DNA of 63,889 nucleotides, filler included, from Candidatus Woesearchaeota archaeon (GCA_003650545.1; 6 parts of 4 records of this genome joined end to end with filler, not necessarily neighbours in it); one strand, 5' to 3'; positions 21,429 through 31,493 are shown, numbered from the whole stretch's first letter. Notes: generated from the letters alone by a model not told the origin. Numbers and translations: made by a program.

Positions 21429-21528
21429 NNNNNNNNNNNNNNNNNNNNNNNNNNNNNNNNNNNNNNNNNNNNTTAATTAATTAANNNNNNNNNNNNNNNN
21501 NNNNNNNNNNNNNNNNNNNNNNNNNNNN

Positions 21529-22361
21529 GTGATTGTTATTGATGGTTGTTCATTATGCAATCTTCTGTAATAACTGCCATATCTCTTCACAGTCACTAAT
21601 TTCCCGTTTCTCATTTTCTTAACTTTAAGATGGTCTGGAAGATGTTCGTAATATCCTCCTGGAGGAATGTGCTTAATTCTTTCTAAAACATGCGGTTCGT
21701 TTATTGTGATCTCATGATTCTTCAAATTTTTGTGCTTGCTTAATCGCTTAAGAAAAGGACCAACTACTGATATCTTTTTAGATTCCTTTGGGAATGTTAT
21801 TTCAACGTCTTTTCTTGATGTTGCCAGGAAAATAACCCTTCTTCTTTTTTGAGGAACACCATATTTTTCCGTTTCAAATACTTTATATTTTGCTCGATAT
21901 CCTGCTCTATTAAACGACCTCAATATCATGTCTCTGAATGGTTTATCATGTTCATCTTTTCTCACCAAGAGGTCCGCAACATTTTCCATTACAACGAAAT
22001 CAGGTTTTAAAATCTTAATCATCCTAATATAATCTCTGAATAATTGATTTCTTTCATCATCTCTTCGAAGATTGTTATTGTTAAGTCTTGTGAAACATTG
22101 GCAAGGAGGCCCTCCTATAACAACATGGATCTTTTTTACATTCCTTTTGTCTAAAGCATCTTTCAACATTTTAGGGCTTATGTTTCGAATATCTTCTTGC
22201 AAAAATTCCGTATTTGGAAAATTCCTTCTGTAAGTCCTGGCTGCTGGTTCCCAGAAATCACTCGCAAGGACTATGTTAAACCCCGCTTTTTCAAAGCCCA
22301 AATCAAAACCTCCGCAACCGGAAAAGAAGCTTGCAACATTTAGTCTCTTGCTCATTTTCAT
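21529..22361 (-). CDS. dcm: DNA (cytosine-5) methyltransferase, truncated by contig end
   Basis: FSGCGG, GGPPCQ, ENV, QKRRR motifs. Confidence 0.95.
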
Positions 22362-22395
22362 ACCCTTTCAACTTCACCTTATTTTATTCTTTATT

Positions 22396-22530
22396 TTATT
22401 TCTCTTTCAAGTATTTTTTTATAAGCTTAACAATAATCTCGTTCATTGTAGTTTTCTCGTCAATTGATTTCTTCTTCAGTTTATCTCTTAATCTCTCATC
22501 CATTTTCAGCTGAAATGATTTTTCTGCCAT
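22396..22530 (-). CDS. Ribbon-helix-helix DNA-binding protein (44 aa, not in ORF track)
   Basis: MAEKSFQLKMDERLRDKLKKKSIDEKTTMNEIIVKLIKKYL. Confidence 0.75.
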   Translation of the reverse strand: MAEKSFQLKMDERLRDKLKKKSIDEKTTMNEIIVKLIKKYLKEK

Positions 22531-22718
22531 TTTTATCACGTTTGCTCCTAGACAATAGTTATATTATTCATATTATCTGCCTTAGTTGGCATAGTTATAT
22601 TATCAAAATAATCTAACTAATATATAAAAGTTGTCATTGCTCAAATGAGAAGTCCTAAAATCATATTAAGAAAAAAATATGTTGTTTTCTTTAGCAAAAC
22701 CTTTGCAGGAATGATAAA

Positions 22719-22958
22719 ATGAGCAGACTGACCTATGAAACCGTATCAAAGATCAAGGAACAAATCCTCAAATGTATCGATGCTGAACCTAAGACTGCAA
22801 GAGCAATTGCTCGTGAAATAAACAGAAGCTGGAATCTCACAAGCAAATTATTGGCAGAACTTGAGATGGAGAATCCTAAAATCTCCTGTATCAAGATAGG
22901 TTCAATTAAAGCTTATGGAATCGCAGAATCAGTGCCACCACTGCAAAAAACAACTTAA
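22719..22958 (+). CDS. Winged HTH protein
   Basis: PKTARAIAREINRSWNLTSKLLAELE. Confidence 0.75.
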   Translation: MSRLTYETVSKIKEQILKCIDAEPKTARAIAREINRSWNLTSKLLAELEMENPKISCIKIGSIKAYGIAESVPPLQKTT

Positions 22959-23062
22959 TCCAACAGTTGATGATCCTGGGATAATTGTTGGAGAACAAGA
23001 AAAGATACTGTCCTTTCATAAACTGTGTTTTGTAGTGTGGCTTAGGAAAAGGAGGTGTAAGA

Positions 23063-23305
23063 ATGGATGAAAACAAGCTTGAATCAATCGAAAGAGAAAT
23101 TGGTGAACTGAGAAAGACTTACGAGAATCTAAAATCAGAACTTGCCTCAACAGCCTCTGATTTAAGAAATTCATTGGCAAAGAAAGACCATGAAATAAAT
23201 GAGTTAAGAGTGAGCATAGAACAATTGAAAAGAAATTATTCCATTGAAGAAGCGGAAAACGAAAATCCAGAACAAGAGGAACCTGAGAATGAACTTGGTA
23301 ATTGA
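23063..23305 (+). CDS. Coiled-coil hypothetical protein
   Basis: AGGAGGTG RBS; heptad pattern. Confidence 0.7.
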   Translation: MDENKLESIEREIGELRKTYENLKSELASTASDLRNSLAKKDHEINELRVSIEQLKRNYSIEEAENENPEQEEPENELGN

Positions 23306-23469
23306 AGTCTTGATTTTGACGTACCTGATAAAGACTATGAATCTTAATGCAATACTCCTGTGGAGCCTTTACGCTGTATCCAAGGTTCTGGAGCAGGTTT
23401 ACATAATGTGGGAAGAAGGGTTAAGGCAGGCTTTCCTTATGCATTTCAAAAAGAAGGCAAGACGCTAAA

Positions 23470-23703
23470 ATGGAACAAAAACTGAAGGTTTCATCTAAAG
23501 GAGGGCTCGTTGTAACCCTCAAGGAAATGATTGATATGAAAAGGGTGGGGATGAAATACAAAATAAACCACAGAACAAAAGACCTGATTATGTTCAGGAA
23601 TTTCCTGAATCAAGAAATAAAAAACAGGATGAGGAAAGATCACAATGGCAAGAACAAAGAAGAAAAGAACACTGCAAAAAGTCAAGAGTCCGCACAAGAT
23701 TAA
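23470..23703 (+). CDS. Hypothetical protein
   Basis: Short ORF in the + strand element cluster. Confidence 0.5.
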   Translation: MEQKLKVSSKGGLVVTLKEMIDMKRVGMKYKINHRTKDLIMFRNFLNQEIKNRMRKDHNGKNKEEKNTAKSQESAQD

Positions 23704-23767
23704 AGTCAAGCTAACGCTCTGGCAAAAAATAAAGAAACTGCTTGGCATAAACTAAAGGTGAGGGATT

Positions 23768-23956
23768 ATGAAAAGGCGAGACAAGAAAGGAAGATTTAGC
23801 GATAGAGAATCCTTAAGCAGGGAAAAACACGAAAGAGTTTATGTTCGCAGGATAGCAAAACAATGGGTTGAAAGGCTTTCAGAGATTAACTCTTCTGAGA
23901 AAGTGCAGATAAAAGCTGGCCAACTCAGAAGACTTGCTGAATACATCATTCAGTAA
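23768..23956 (+). CDS. Hypothetical basic protein
   Basis: GGTGAGG RBS; RDKKGRF motif. Confidence 0.55.
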   Translation: MKRRDKKGRFSDRESLSREKHERVYVRRIAKQWVERLSEINSSEKVQIKAGQLRRLAEYIIQ

Positions 23957-23959
23957 AGG

Positions 23960-24529
23960 CTACCAATCAAGAGTCCTGCTGAATTCAATAGCTTCATCTT
24001 TCTTCTCTTCATAAGGTTTCATATCCCATAACTGCTGAATAAGTTCATCCTTGCTTAAATCATTCATCATCACGAAGAAATGCTCCTTGTAAGCCTCTAT
24101 TTTTTCCTTGAGAGGCAACTTGTCGCTTTCCCTCTCAAGCAAACCAACATAACGAGGATAATCGTACCCTGATGTATCAACAAGAAGTAATTCGTCTTCT
24201 TTTCTCAGTTGGATCTTCCAAAACCTATGCGATGATAAATCAGCCTTCATCAGCTCATCCCAATTAGTGAAACATTTCTCTTCGCATTTCTCATCCTTGA
24301 CCAGTTCGCTCTGCTCGGCAGGAGTTATTCTTCCAGAAACCTGATTCTTGACATCCTGGATGCTCACAGGCTTTCTGGCCATCAGAATCCTTTCTTCAGG
24401 CTGCTCGTTCTTGCTATCCTCAAAACCGTCCTCATATATCCTGTTAATCACAACCTTAAGATCATCGTCACTAACGCAGTTCTTTATAGCTTCAATATAT
24501 TTTTTGACATATTTATCTGCCATCTGCAT
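23960..24529 (-). CDS. Hypothetical protein
   Basis: AGGAGG RBS; overlaps the upstream gene. Confidence 0.7.
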   Translation of the reverse strand: MQMADKYVKKYIEAIKNCVSDDDLKVVINRIYEDGFEDSKNEQPEERILMARKPVSIQDVKNQVSGRITPAEQSELVKDEKCEEKCFTNWDELMKADLSSHRFWKIQLRKEDELLLVDTSGYDYPRYVGLLERESDKLPLKEKIEAYKEHFFVMMNDLSKDELIQQLWDMKPYEEKKDEAIEFSRTLDW

Positions 24530-24734
24530 CTACCTCCTTCAACCATTTTCTTTCTTCAAGAATCTCTTCCTCTGGAAGAGGATTTCCTTTGCTTTGAGCA
24601 ACGTGAACTTTCCAATCAAACAATGCCTCTGCCGTTCCGCAATCACTGCAGATCTGAGTGGAGTTGTCTCTTCGACTTGTTGCTCCAAAACCTTGAGTTT
24701 CCTTCTTACACCTTGGGCAAATCCATCTTTTCAT
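24513..24734 (-). CDS. Small Zn-finger protein of phage/ICE type
   Basis: CPRC...SRRDN...ICSDCGTAEA. Confidence 0.75.
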   Translation of the reverse strand: MKRWICPRCKKETQGFGATSRRDNSTQICSDCGTAEALFDWKVHVAQSKGNPLPEEEILEERKWLKEVDADGR

Positions 24735-24748
24735 AGCGCATCATCCTC

Positions 24749-25594
24749 CTAATCGATCATTTTCTTTGGATTGTGTTTCATAAAGATTTGATTCTTCATC
24801 ATAGCAATTGCTTCTTCCTCGGCAATTTTTGTTGGCGGAGTACAAGCTTCTGTCTGCGGTGTCACAACGACTTTCACAAGCTCCGTAAGTTGCCTTATTT
24901 GATCTTTCAACTCATTTATTTCCTTATTTTGTTTTTCTTCATTAGAATTGAACACGCTGTTGATGATGTCTCTTTTAGCTTTCATGCTTGACTTTATGTA
25001 ACGTTCAGTGCTTCTGAGATTTTTATGCCGACCGCAGATCTGAGCTGCAAACACTCCTCGCTTGTCGCAAATCCTTTGGAGATAATAGTGCCTGAGAGTA
25101 TGATAACTTAACACTGAAAGCTTGTGACCGCTCTTGGAAGTGGCATATTTATGATCCAAGCCAGCTTCTTTTCTTGCTTTGATAATATGCGTTCTTATCG
25201 TTCCAGGGCTTAAATGGTTCTCTTTGAACGCCTTATTTCTTGCATTCTTTTGCCTCCAGAAGATGTAATTGTCCGAGTTTATGATCTCTGACTTGTAAGT
25301 GAGGATGTGATCTTTGAATCTTTCAAGCATGAAATCTGGGATGACTATCTTTTCGAATTTTTCCTTGTTCTTTTGTTCTGGGAGCAACAAGGTTTTCTCC
25401 ACGAAATCAATATGTTCCACTTTTATTCTGCAAGTTTCTATGCTTCTCAAGCCGAGTTCGCTGGCGCAATAATAGATGTTCTCCCAATACTTCACATAAT
25501 GCTTGTTGTATCTGCCTTCGACTTTTCTTACTGCGTCCATGAACATATTGAATTGTTGTTCTGTGATTATCTTTGCTTTTGCTTCATGAGCCAT
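24749..25594 (-). CDS. Tyrosine recombinase/integrase, copy A
   Basis: LGLRSIE (R), QKNK (K), HTLRH, GRH, TERY (Y). Confidence 0.93.
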   Translation of the reverse strand: MAHEAKAKIITEQQFNMFMDAVRKVEGRYNKHYVKYWENIYYCASELGLRSIETCRIKVEHIDFVEKTLLLPEQKNKEKFEKIVIPDFMLERFKDHILTYKSEIINSDNYIFWRQKNARNKAFKENHLSPGTIRTHIIKARKEAGLDHKYATSKSGHKLSVLSYHTLRHYYLQRICDKRGVFAAQICGRHKNLRSTERYIKSSMKAKRDIINSVFNSNEEKQNKEINELKDQIRQLTELVKVVVTPQTEACTPPTKIAEEEAIAMMKNQIFMKHNPKKMID

Positions 25595-25854
25595 TTTGTA
25601 AACTCACCTCCGCAGCATTCATCCAATAATGCTCTCCCGACTTCAATTAGGAAAGCGTCTCTTGGAATTTTCACGCTGAAGAATCCGAAGCCGAGTTCAA
25701 CTTCCATTTTTGTGAAATCTATGTCAAAGTCTCCTTCGCGGTCAATGTTGATCTTTTTCTGATCATCGTGGTCCCATAATGGCGCTTTGTTCCACTCTTC
25801 TTCTAACAGGAAAAGTTCAAGTTTTTGCATGCAGTGCATCATTATCACCCCCAT
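25567..25854 (-). CDS. Hypothetical protein
   Basis: Overlapping ORF in the element operon. Confidence 0.6.
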   Translation of the reverse strand: MGVIMMHCMQKLELFLLEEEWNKAPLWDHDDQKKINIDREGDFDIDFTKMEVELGFGFFSVKIPRDAFLIEVGRALLDECCGGEFTKWLMKQKQR

Positions 25855-26210
25855 AGTTCTTTCAGCAACTCTTTCGTGTACTTGGCCACTTCTGTTGCTG
25901 GAGTTTTTGTTCCTGTGAGAATTTGCGCTGCTGCTTTAAGGCAGACTTGTAGATGGATGTCATCAACAACAGGATCGCTTCTTTGAGAAATGCTTTCTTC
26001 AACTCTGTCAGATTTTAATTCTCCATTCTCTGTTTTTTCTATGCTTCTGATGTTCTTGTACTTTCCATTTAACTTGTAATCAATCTTGACTTTATCGCCT
26101 TTTTGAACAGGGCATTGTCCAAAGCCGCCATACCACTCCTTGTTTACTACAACTCCGTACTTGTTCTCGTGTTGCTTTACTGCTGTGACAATTCCTGTTT
26201 CAGTGAGCAT
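25845..26210 (-). CDS. OB-fold putative ssDNA-binding protein
   Basis: Beta-rich N-terminus, KGDKVKIDYKLNGKYKNI, helical tail QVCLKAAA. Confidence 0.55.
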   Translation of the reverse strand: MLTETGIVTAVKQHENKYGVVVNKEWYGGFGQCPVQKGDKVKIDYKLNGKYKNIRSIEKTENGELKSDRVEESISQRSDPVVDDIHLQVCLKAAAQILTGTKTPATEVAKYTKELLKELWG

Positions 26211-26544
26211 TGTCGCTCACCTCCACAGCCTTGTTATCCCATTCAGTCAGTGCGAATATTCCTTTCCCTGCTTTCTTGAACCTGTTTTTGTTGTCTGTTG
26301 TCATCCTGGCAAACATCGTGTTCTCAGGAGTTGCTCCTACTGACTTGCTTCTTTTCAGAACTTCTTCTGTTATCTTCTTGTAGTGCATAGGTTTGCCGTG
26401 TTCTTTCAGAATCTGGTAACAGACTTCCCTATGCGGCACTGCCAGTTTTGCTGAGTCTTTCTCAGCAGAATTCTTTTTTGCAGGCGTTTTTTTCTTGCCT
26501 GCAGCGATATCTTTATATCTATCTTTGTTTTTTTCTCCTTTCAT
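26200..26544 (-). CDS. HARE-HTH (RNAP-delta-like winged helix) protein
   Basis: YQILKEHGKPMHYKKITEEV...TPENTM...RFKKAGKGIFALTEW; AAGGAGGT RBS before MKGEK. Confidence 0.8.
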   Translation of the reverse strand: MKGEKNKDRYKDIAAGKKKTPAKKNSAEKDSAKLAVPHREVCYQILKEHGKPMHYKKITEEVLKRSKSVGATPENTMFARMTTDNKNRFKKAGKGIFALTEWDNKAVEVSDNAH

Positions 26545-26628
26545 GGGTATTACCTCCTTCGGGGTTTTACTCATCGGGATTGAGACTCTCTTCGCGGGGA
26601 TGCTCAATCCCGTCATGATCCTAATTCA

Positions 26629-26796
26629 TTACTTTGTTTGGCATTTCTCTTTCAATATCACGTAAACCTCCTTTCCAACGTATTTCTTTGTGTAAGGTAT
26701 CACGGCGCCGTTGCCTGATGCCGTCACTGTTTTCACTTCTATGAATTCAGGATCAACGACTATTGTCTTCGGTTTTATCCTTATTTTACTCGTCAT
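26629..26796 (-). CDS. DUF2080-like small protein (55 aa, not in ORF track)
   Basis: KTVTASGNGAVIPYTKKYVGKEVYVIL pattern. Confidence 0.7.
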   Translation of the reverse strand: MTSKIRIKPKTIVVDPEFIEVKTVTASGNGAVIPYTKKYVGKEVYVILKEKCQTK

Positions 26797-26892
26797 TTAT
26801 GTTCGCCTCGCCATTCTTAAATTGTCTATACATTTTGAGACTTGAGAAGCTATCCTCATATATAAAGGTTGTCGTCAAAAATAACAAATCTT

Positions 26893-29514
26893 TTAGAAGA
26901 AATCGCTAATCTTTGTATTAATTTGATTCTTCGGGGAAGTTATTATATGGGGAGTATTTTGTCTTGAACCATTTCCAAAATTTAACTCTTCTTTAATTTT
27001 CTGAAGTGACAACTCATAATAATCTGGATTTAACTCGATACCAATCCCAATTCTTCCCATTTTAGCTGCTACAATCGCAGTTGTCCCAGAACCTGAAAAA
27101 GGATCTACAACAATAGCGCCCTTATTAGTAAAACAAGATATTGAGTATTTAGGCAATATTTTAGGAAAAGGTGCAGTATGACCATATCTATTTTCTCCTC
27201 CTTTCCCTATTTTATAAACCGGTGTAAATCTTACAATATTTTCGGTTAAAATGTTTTCATTTTTATTTTCATTTAGTATCAGTTTTCCCTTTTTCTTAAA
27301 TATAAACATATGTTCATAAGAATTAGCAGGACGCTGATAATAAGGAGTGTAATTGCCATCATTTTTATGTCGATTACTTTGAGGTTCTCCTTTGTACCAC
27401 AATATATTATCAAGAATCTCAAAACCTGCTTTTAAGAATAAAAATATTGTATAAGCTCCAAGAGGTATCCTTTTCTCACCCATCTTAGATTTGACAATTA
27501 TATTCTCATTGTCATAGATATCTCCAATATTATAAAAAAAGACGGCTCCTGGTTTAAGAGATTCGTATGCTTTGATGTTTATTTGGTACATATCATTTAA
27601 ATAATTGTAAAGATTTTTCCATTGAGAATATTCTCGAGCATTATAATAAGGAGGCGAAGTTACCATATGATCTACAGAATTTTTATCAATTGAATTTAAA
27701 ACTTCTAAACAATCGCCTTTAATAATTTTTATTCTATCTGTTGATTTGAACTCTTCATTAAACTTTGGATTGAAACTTATGTTCTTTTTCCTATATATAA
27801 ATCTTTTAACAAACCAACTATTTTCAAAAAATTCTTTGAAAAGCCCTTTCTTAAAAGAATTAAAATCAAGAATCTCATTAAAGGCATAGACAACAAGTTC
27901 TCTTCTGTTTTTGTTACAAACATCTAATAGTAATCTTGACTCTTCAGGCTGTATTGAAATTATTTTATCCCCTACAAAAGTAAAGTATTTTACAATCATT
28001 TCATAAAATTGATTTAAGTTCCATTTTTCTACAATGTCTTTTCTCCAAATTTTTATAAGACTTTTAGGAATTTGATTCTCTGAAGAGAAATCAAATGTTG
28101 CATCCTGCATTAGAATAGTCCTCTCAGAGTATCTTTTACCCCTATTTGTTTTGCTTCTTTCTGAGCAAAGAGGATTTTTGCATTCCCAACTTTTTATCCC
28201 AATCTCAGGGTATGAATTTCCTGATATTTTAAGACTCCCGCATACAGGACAAGGAATTTTGCGATCATCAATTTTATGTTTAGCAAAGATTAAAACAATG
28301 TCATCGAAATTCTTAATAAAATTTATTTCATCAGAATTCTTTGATGTTTTAGTTTTTAAAATATAACAATCAATAAACGAAAAACCATGATTTATTTTTT
28401 GGAACGATAAAATCTCAGAGTGGTATTTTTCATCAATTTTTGTTTTTTGTTTAAATTCATTAAAAGATATTTTCTCGAGTAATAATTTATTTATTAATTC
28501 TAATTCTTCTTCAGGAAAAGTAATACCATATTTATGCTCAAAAGTATCTTTAAGAATCTCAACACCTTTATAGTACGCTCTAAGTTCTTTGGATTCCTTA
28601 AATTTTTCAGCGTAGATTGATAAGTAAGAGTAAAGTTTCCATTTAATATTAATTCCATTCACAAAAATATTGCTTATTCTGAAAATCAAGGATTTATGAT
28701 TTTCTACTAAATCATAACTTTTCTTAACCAAATTGAGTAAGTAATCATAAAATAATTCTTCATCATTAAATTTTTCAAATAATTCTTGAGTTATATTAAT
28801 ATAAACCAATCCTGCTTTTTTATCTCTATCCCCGTTTCTATGGAGAATCTCAAGATATTTTTCATTAAATTTATTTATTATCTCAAATCTCGGTTTCTTC
28901 TCAAAATTGTTACAGAAGTTCCTTAATTCTTCATAATCTTTAGGTGACAACTCCTTTTTTATGATATGCTCATTATCTGAAAATAATTCATTTAACGATA
29001 TTTTAGATTTCTCATTCAGACTTATTAATCTTGAATAGAGAAAAATTATGTAATCTTTTATTCTGTCCTTCCTATTTTTAAGTATTGCCTCGTTAAGATT
29101 ATTAATGAATTCAGATACTGCTAAATTTAACTCTTTTTCACCATCATCCAATTTGTTGATAATTTTTTTAAAATCGAGATTAGAAGGCAGATCCTGTTTT
29201 ATAAGATTAAGTAATGTTTCATAATCTTTGGGAAACCTGTAATCTAAGAATTTCTTTAGTTGCTCTTTTTGTACTCTTCCTAAAAATAAATTATGCTGCT
29301 TAACTAGGAAATTAGTTATTTTTTTAACAATCTTATTTTTTGATCCATAAGCATCGCCAATAATTCTCTTAACAATATCCTCTGGTAATTCTTCAAATTC
29401 ACCATCGATCTTCTTCGGTAAATAGAAATCTATATCTAAAGAGATATTATGCATTGATAAAAACTCTTTTATCAACTCTTTGCTAGATTTTTTTACCATT
29501 TTCATGTTAATCAA
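26893..29514 (-). CDS. Beta-class amino-MTase (probably m4C) with a long N-terminal region
   Basis: VTSPPYY, HTAPFP, DPFSGSGTT, GIELN; internal CPVC...CKNPLC. Confidence 0.9.
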   Translation of the reverse strand: MINMKMVKKSSKELIKEFLSMHNISLDIDFYLPKKIDGEFEELPEDIVKRIIGDAYGSKNKIVKKITNFLVKQHNLFLGRVQKEQLKKFLDYRFPKDYETLLNLIKQDLPSNLDFKKIINKLDDGEKELNLAVSEFINNLNEAILKNRKDRIKDYIIFLYSRLISLNEKSKISLNELFSDNEHIIKKELSPKDYEELRNFCNNFEKKPRFEIINKFNEKYLEILHRNGDRDKKAGLVYINITQELFEKFNDEELFYDYLLNLVKKSYDLVENHKSLIFRISNIFVNGINIKWKLYSYLSIYAEKFKESKELRAYYKGVEILKDTFEHKYGITFPEEELELINKLLLEKISFNEFKQKTKIDEKYHSEILSFQKINHGFSFIDCYILKTKTSKNSDEINFIKNFDDIVLIFAKHKIDDRKIPCPVCGSLKISGNSYPEIGIKSWECKNPLCSERSKTNRGKRYSERTILMQDATFDFSSENQIPKSLIKIWRKDIVEKWNLNQFYEMIVKYFTFVGDKIISIQPEESRLLLDVCNKNRRELVVYAFNEILDFNSFKKGLFKEFFENSWFVKRFIYRKKNISFNPKFNEEFKSTDRIKIIKGDCLEVLNSIDKNSVDHMVTSPPYYNAREYSQWKNLYNYLNDMYQINIKAYESLKPGAVFFYNIGDIYDNENIIVKSKMGEKRIPLGAYTIFLFLKAGFEILDNILWYKGEPQSNRHKNDGNYTPYYQRPANSYEHMFIFKKKGKLILNENKNENILTENIVRFTPVYKIGKGGENRYGHTAPFPKILPKYSISCFTNKGAIVVDPFSGSGTTAIVAAKMGRIGIGIELNPDYYELSLQKIKEELNFGNGSRQNTPHIITSPKNQINTKISDFF

Positions 29515-29536
29515 ATGTTAAATAAATATGAATGTT

Positions 29537-30202
29537 TTATATATCTTGTCTTTTTGTATTTAAAAGGGGATAAAAATAATTAACCACATCTTTAAATGAG
29601 TTCATGAAATTCTTTATTTCAAAATCTTTGGTTAGTTCACTTACTTTGCAAATGTGATACTTTATTTTATCATCTTCTTTAAGCCTTAATATAAGATACA
29701 GTTCATCAGAAACATTTTCAGGTAAATCCAACTTGCTAATTACAACATTGGGCGAATCGATTGTTCTAACAAGGATTTTATAATTTTTATATCTGTGATA
29801 TTGGCTTCCACATGTAAGACAATACTGCTGCGCAATCAACAACCCACTATTTTTATTGAAGCAGCCACCTAATTCATTTGCTTCCTTTTTTACTTCTTCA
29901 TCTTTATTAGATATGCAATCAGGGTTGGGGCACATCATATATAATTTAGAAGAACCGCAATTATTACATTTCCCACTACTTTTTGTTATTGATTGAAAAG
30001 AACCACAATCTTCACATCTAAACAGAAAAGGATTTATTGTTCCACATAAAAAGCATTCTGTAAGGTTCATATACCAAGAGTCCCCACAATTTGAACATAT
30101 CAATTTAGAGATTAAGAAATAATCTCCTTCATTAAGATATATTTGAACCCCATTAGCAATAAAAGCATAAGCAATTGATTTATCTTGATTATTCATTTTC
30201 AC
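29537..30202 (-). CDS. Multi-Zn-ribbon protein
   Basis: CSNC, CFLC, CEDC, CNNC, CPNPDC, CLTC. Confidence 0.8.
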   Translation of the reverse strand: MKMNNQDKSIAYAFIANGVQIYLNEGDYFLISKLICSNCGDSWYMNLTECFLCGTINPFLFRCEDCGSFQSITKSSGKCNNCGSSKLYMMCPNPDCISNKDEEVKKEANELGGCFNKNSGLLIAQQYCLTCGSQYHRYKNYKILVRTIDSPNVVISKLDLPENVSDELYLILRLKEDDKIKYHICKVSELTKDFEIKNFMNSFKDVVNYFYPLLNTKRQDI

Positions 30203-31127
30203 TCATCTCCTTAATTAATTCTTTTGATTCTTTTGAATCTTCATCAGCACCAGACACTTCAATTGTTTTTATAAATTCAAAATATTTTTTCATGCTTGCA
30301 AATGTAACTTCATCAGTGTTTTGTTTAATATACTCCTCAACCGATTTTCTTAATTGAACGATCTTTTTTGGATCGGAATATAAACTTAAATTCTGTTGGA
30401 GTACTTGATTGATCTTACGTTCAGTTTCTTTGGAATAAGTTGATCCTTTGGCAAAAACCCTTTGTAATTTATTAGCTAATGCTCTTGTCTCAATTATTTC
30501 ATTATCTAAATTAAGATCAATGTTTGGATCTTGAATTCTTTTCATACCTTCAAGGTTTCTGAACATTTCCCAATCATGTCTCCCCCAGGACCATTTATCT
30601 GTATTAGGATTATATCTTAAACTGTTAAGTTTATTATTCCCTTTTCTGAAGGAAGTTGGAGCAAAGGGGTTCATGTGATTATCATCAAAAAATTTCAAAT
30701 AATCTTTCACAGAAATTATAAGAAAATCTTGTTTATCATTGGATGTATTATCAGAATATAATAAATAAACATGCCTTGGATCAACTCTTATATCTTTAGA
30801 CTTTAAAGTAAATCCAAATATATTATTTTTTAATTGCCTTGTTTTAACTTGTATAAAACGCCTTATTTCAATAACTTGTGCATTGCAAATAGGGCAAGCA
30901 TCTCCATGCAATTGTTCATCAACTTTTGTATGCCCATTTGGACATACTCTTTTCATTATTATCCGATCAATACCAGTATCATTAAAAGGTCTAAAGACTT
31001 CCCACCCTAATCTTTTTAGATTTTCCTCAACAAAATCTTCTGTTACGTGTTTTTTATTTAATTTATTAAATTCTGAAGGATTTACATCTTCAAAGGGGTT
31101 TTTTGGAAAAATTATCTCATCAGTCAT
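30189..31127 (-). CDS. PD-(D/E)XK nuclease, putative restriction endonuclease
   Basis: TEDFV...GWEVFRP..DTGID...FIQVKTR; inserted CPNGH...CPIC. Confidence 0.75.
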   Translation of the reverse strand: MTDEIIFPKNPFEDVNPSEFNKLNKKHVTEDFVEENLKRLGWEVFRPFNDTGIDRIIMKRVCPNGHTKVDEQLHGDACPICNAQVIEIRRFIQVKTRQLKNNIFGFTLKSKDIRVDPRHVYLLYSDNTSNDKQDFLIISVKDYLKFFDDNHMNPFAPTSFRKGNNKLNSLRYNPNTDKWSWGRHDWEMFRNLEGMKRIQDPNIDLNLDNEIIETRALANKLQRVFAKGSTYSKETERKINQVLQQNLSLYSDPKKIVQLRKSVEEYIKQNTDEVTFASMKKYFEFIKTIEVSGADEDSKESKELIKEMSENE

Positions 31128-31390
31128 TTTAATACCTCAAGTATTTTTTTACCTTTATCAGAGAGAGAATAAAGAACAGTTCTCGTGTTTTCGGAGATTG
31201 AATTAACCAATCCTTTATCTTTTAAGTCTCTTAAAATTCTACTTGTAGATGCAGGTTTTATTGCTAAGTAAGATGCTATTTCGCTAGATAATCTTGGATT
31301 ATCTCTCAAATACTGTAGTACTTTTATTCTGTACTTCCCATCTTTTACAAAAGCAAGCATATCATAGTCCATACAGATAAAATAATTCAT
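31124..31390 (-). CDS. wHTH (ArsR/MarR-like) regulator
   Basis: SSEIASYL...SRILRDLKDKGLV...YSLSDKG. Confidence 0.85.
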   Translation of the reverse strand: MNYFICMDYDMLAFVKDGKYRIKVLQYLRDNPRLSSEIASYLAIKPASTSRILRDLKDKGLVNSISENTRTVLYSLSDKGKKILEVLK

Positions 31391-31493
31391 CTATATTATA
31401 TATTTATCTGTTTTTTAGTTAATATTTACTTAACATGTCAAATCTATGGCTCTCTATAATAGTTTAAGATATCATTTTCTTTAGGATAAATAT

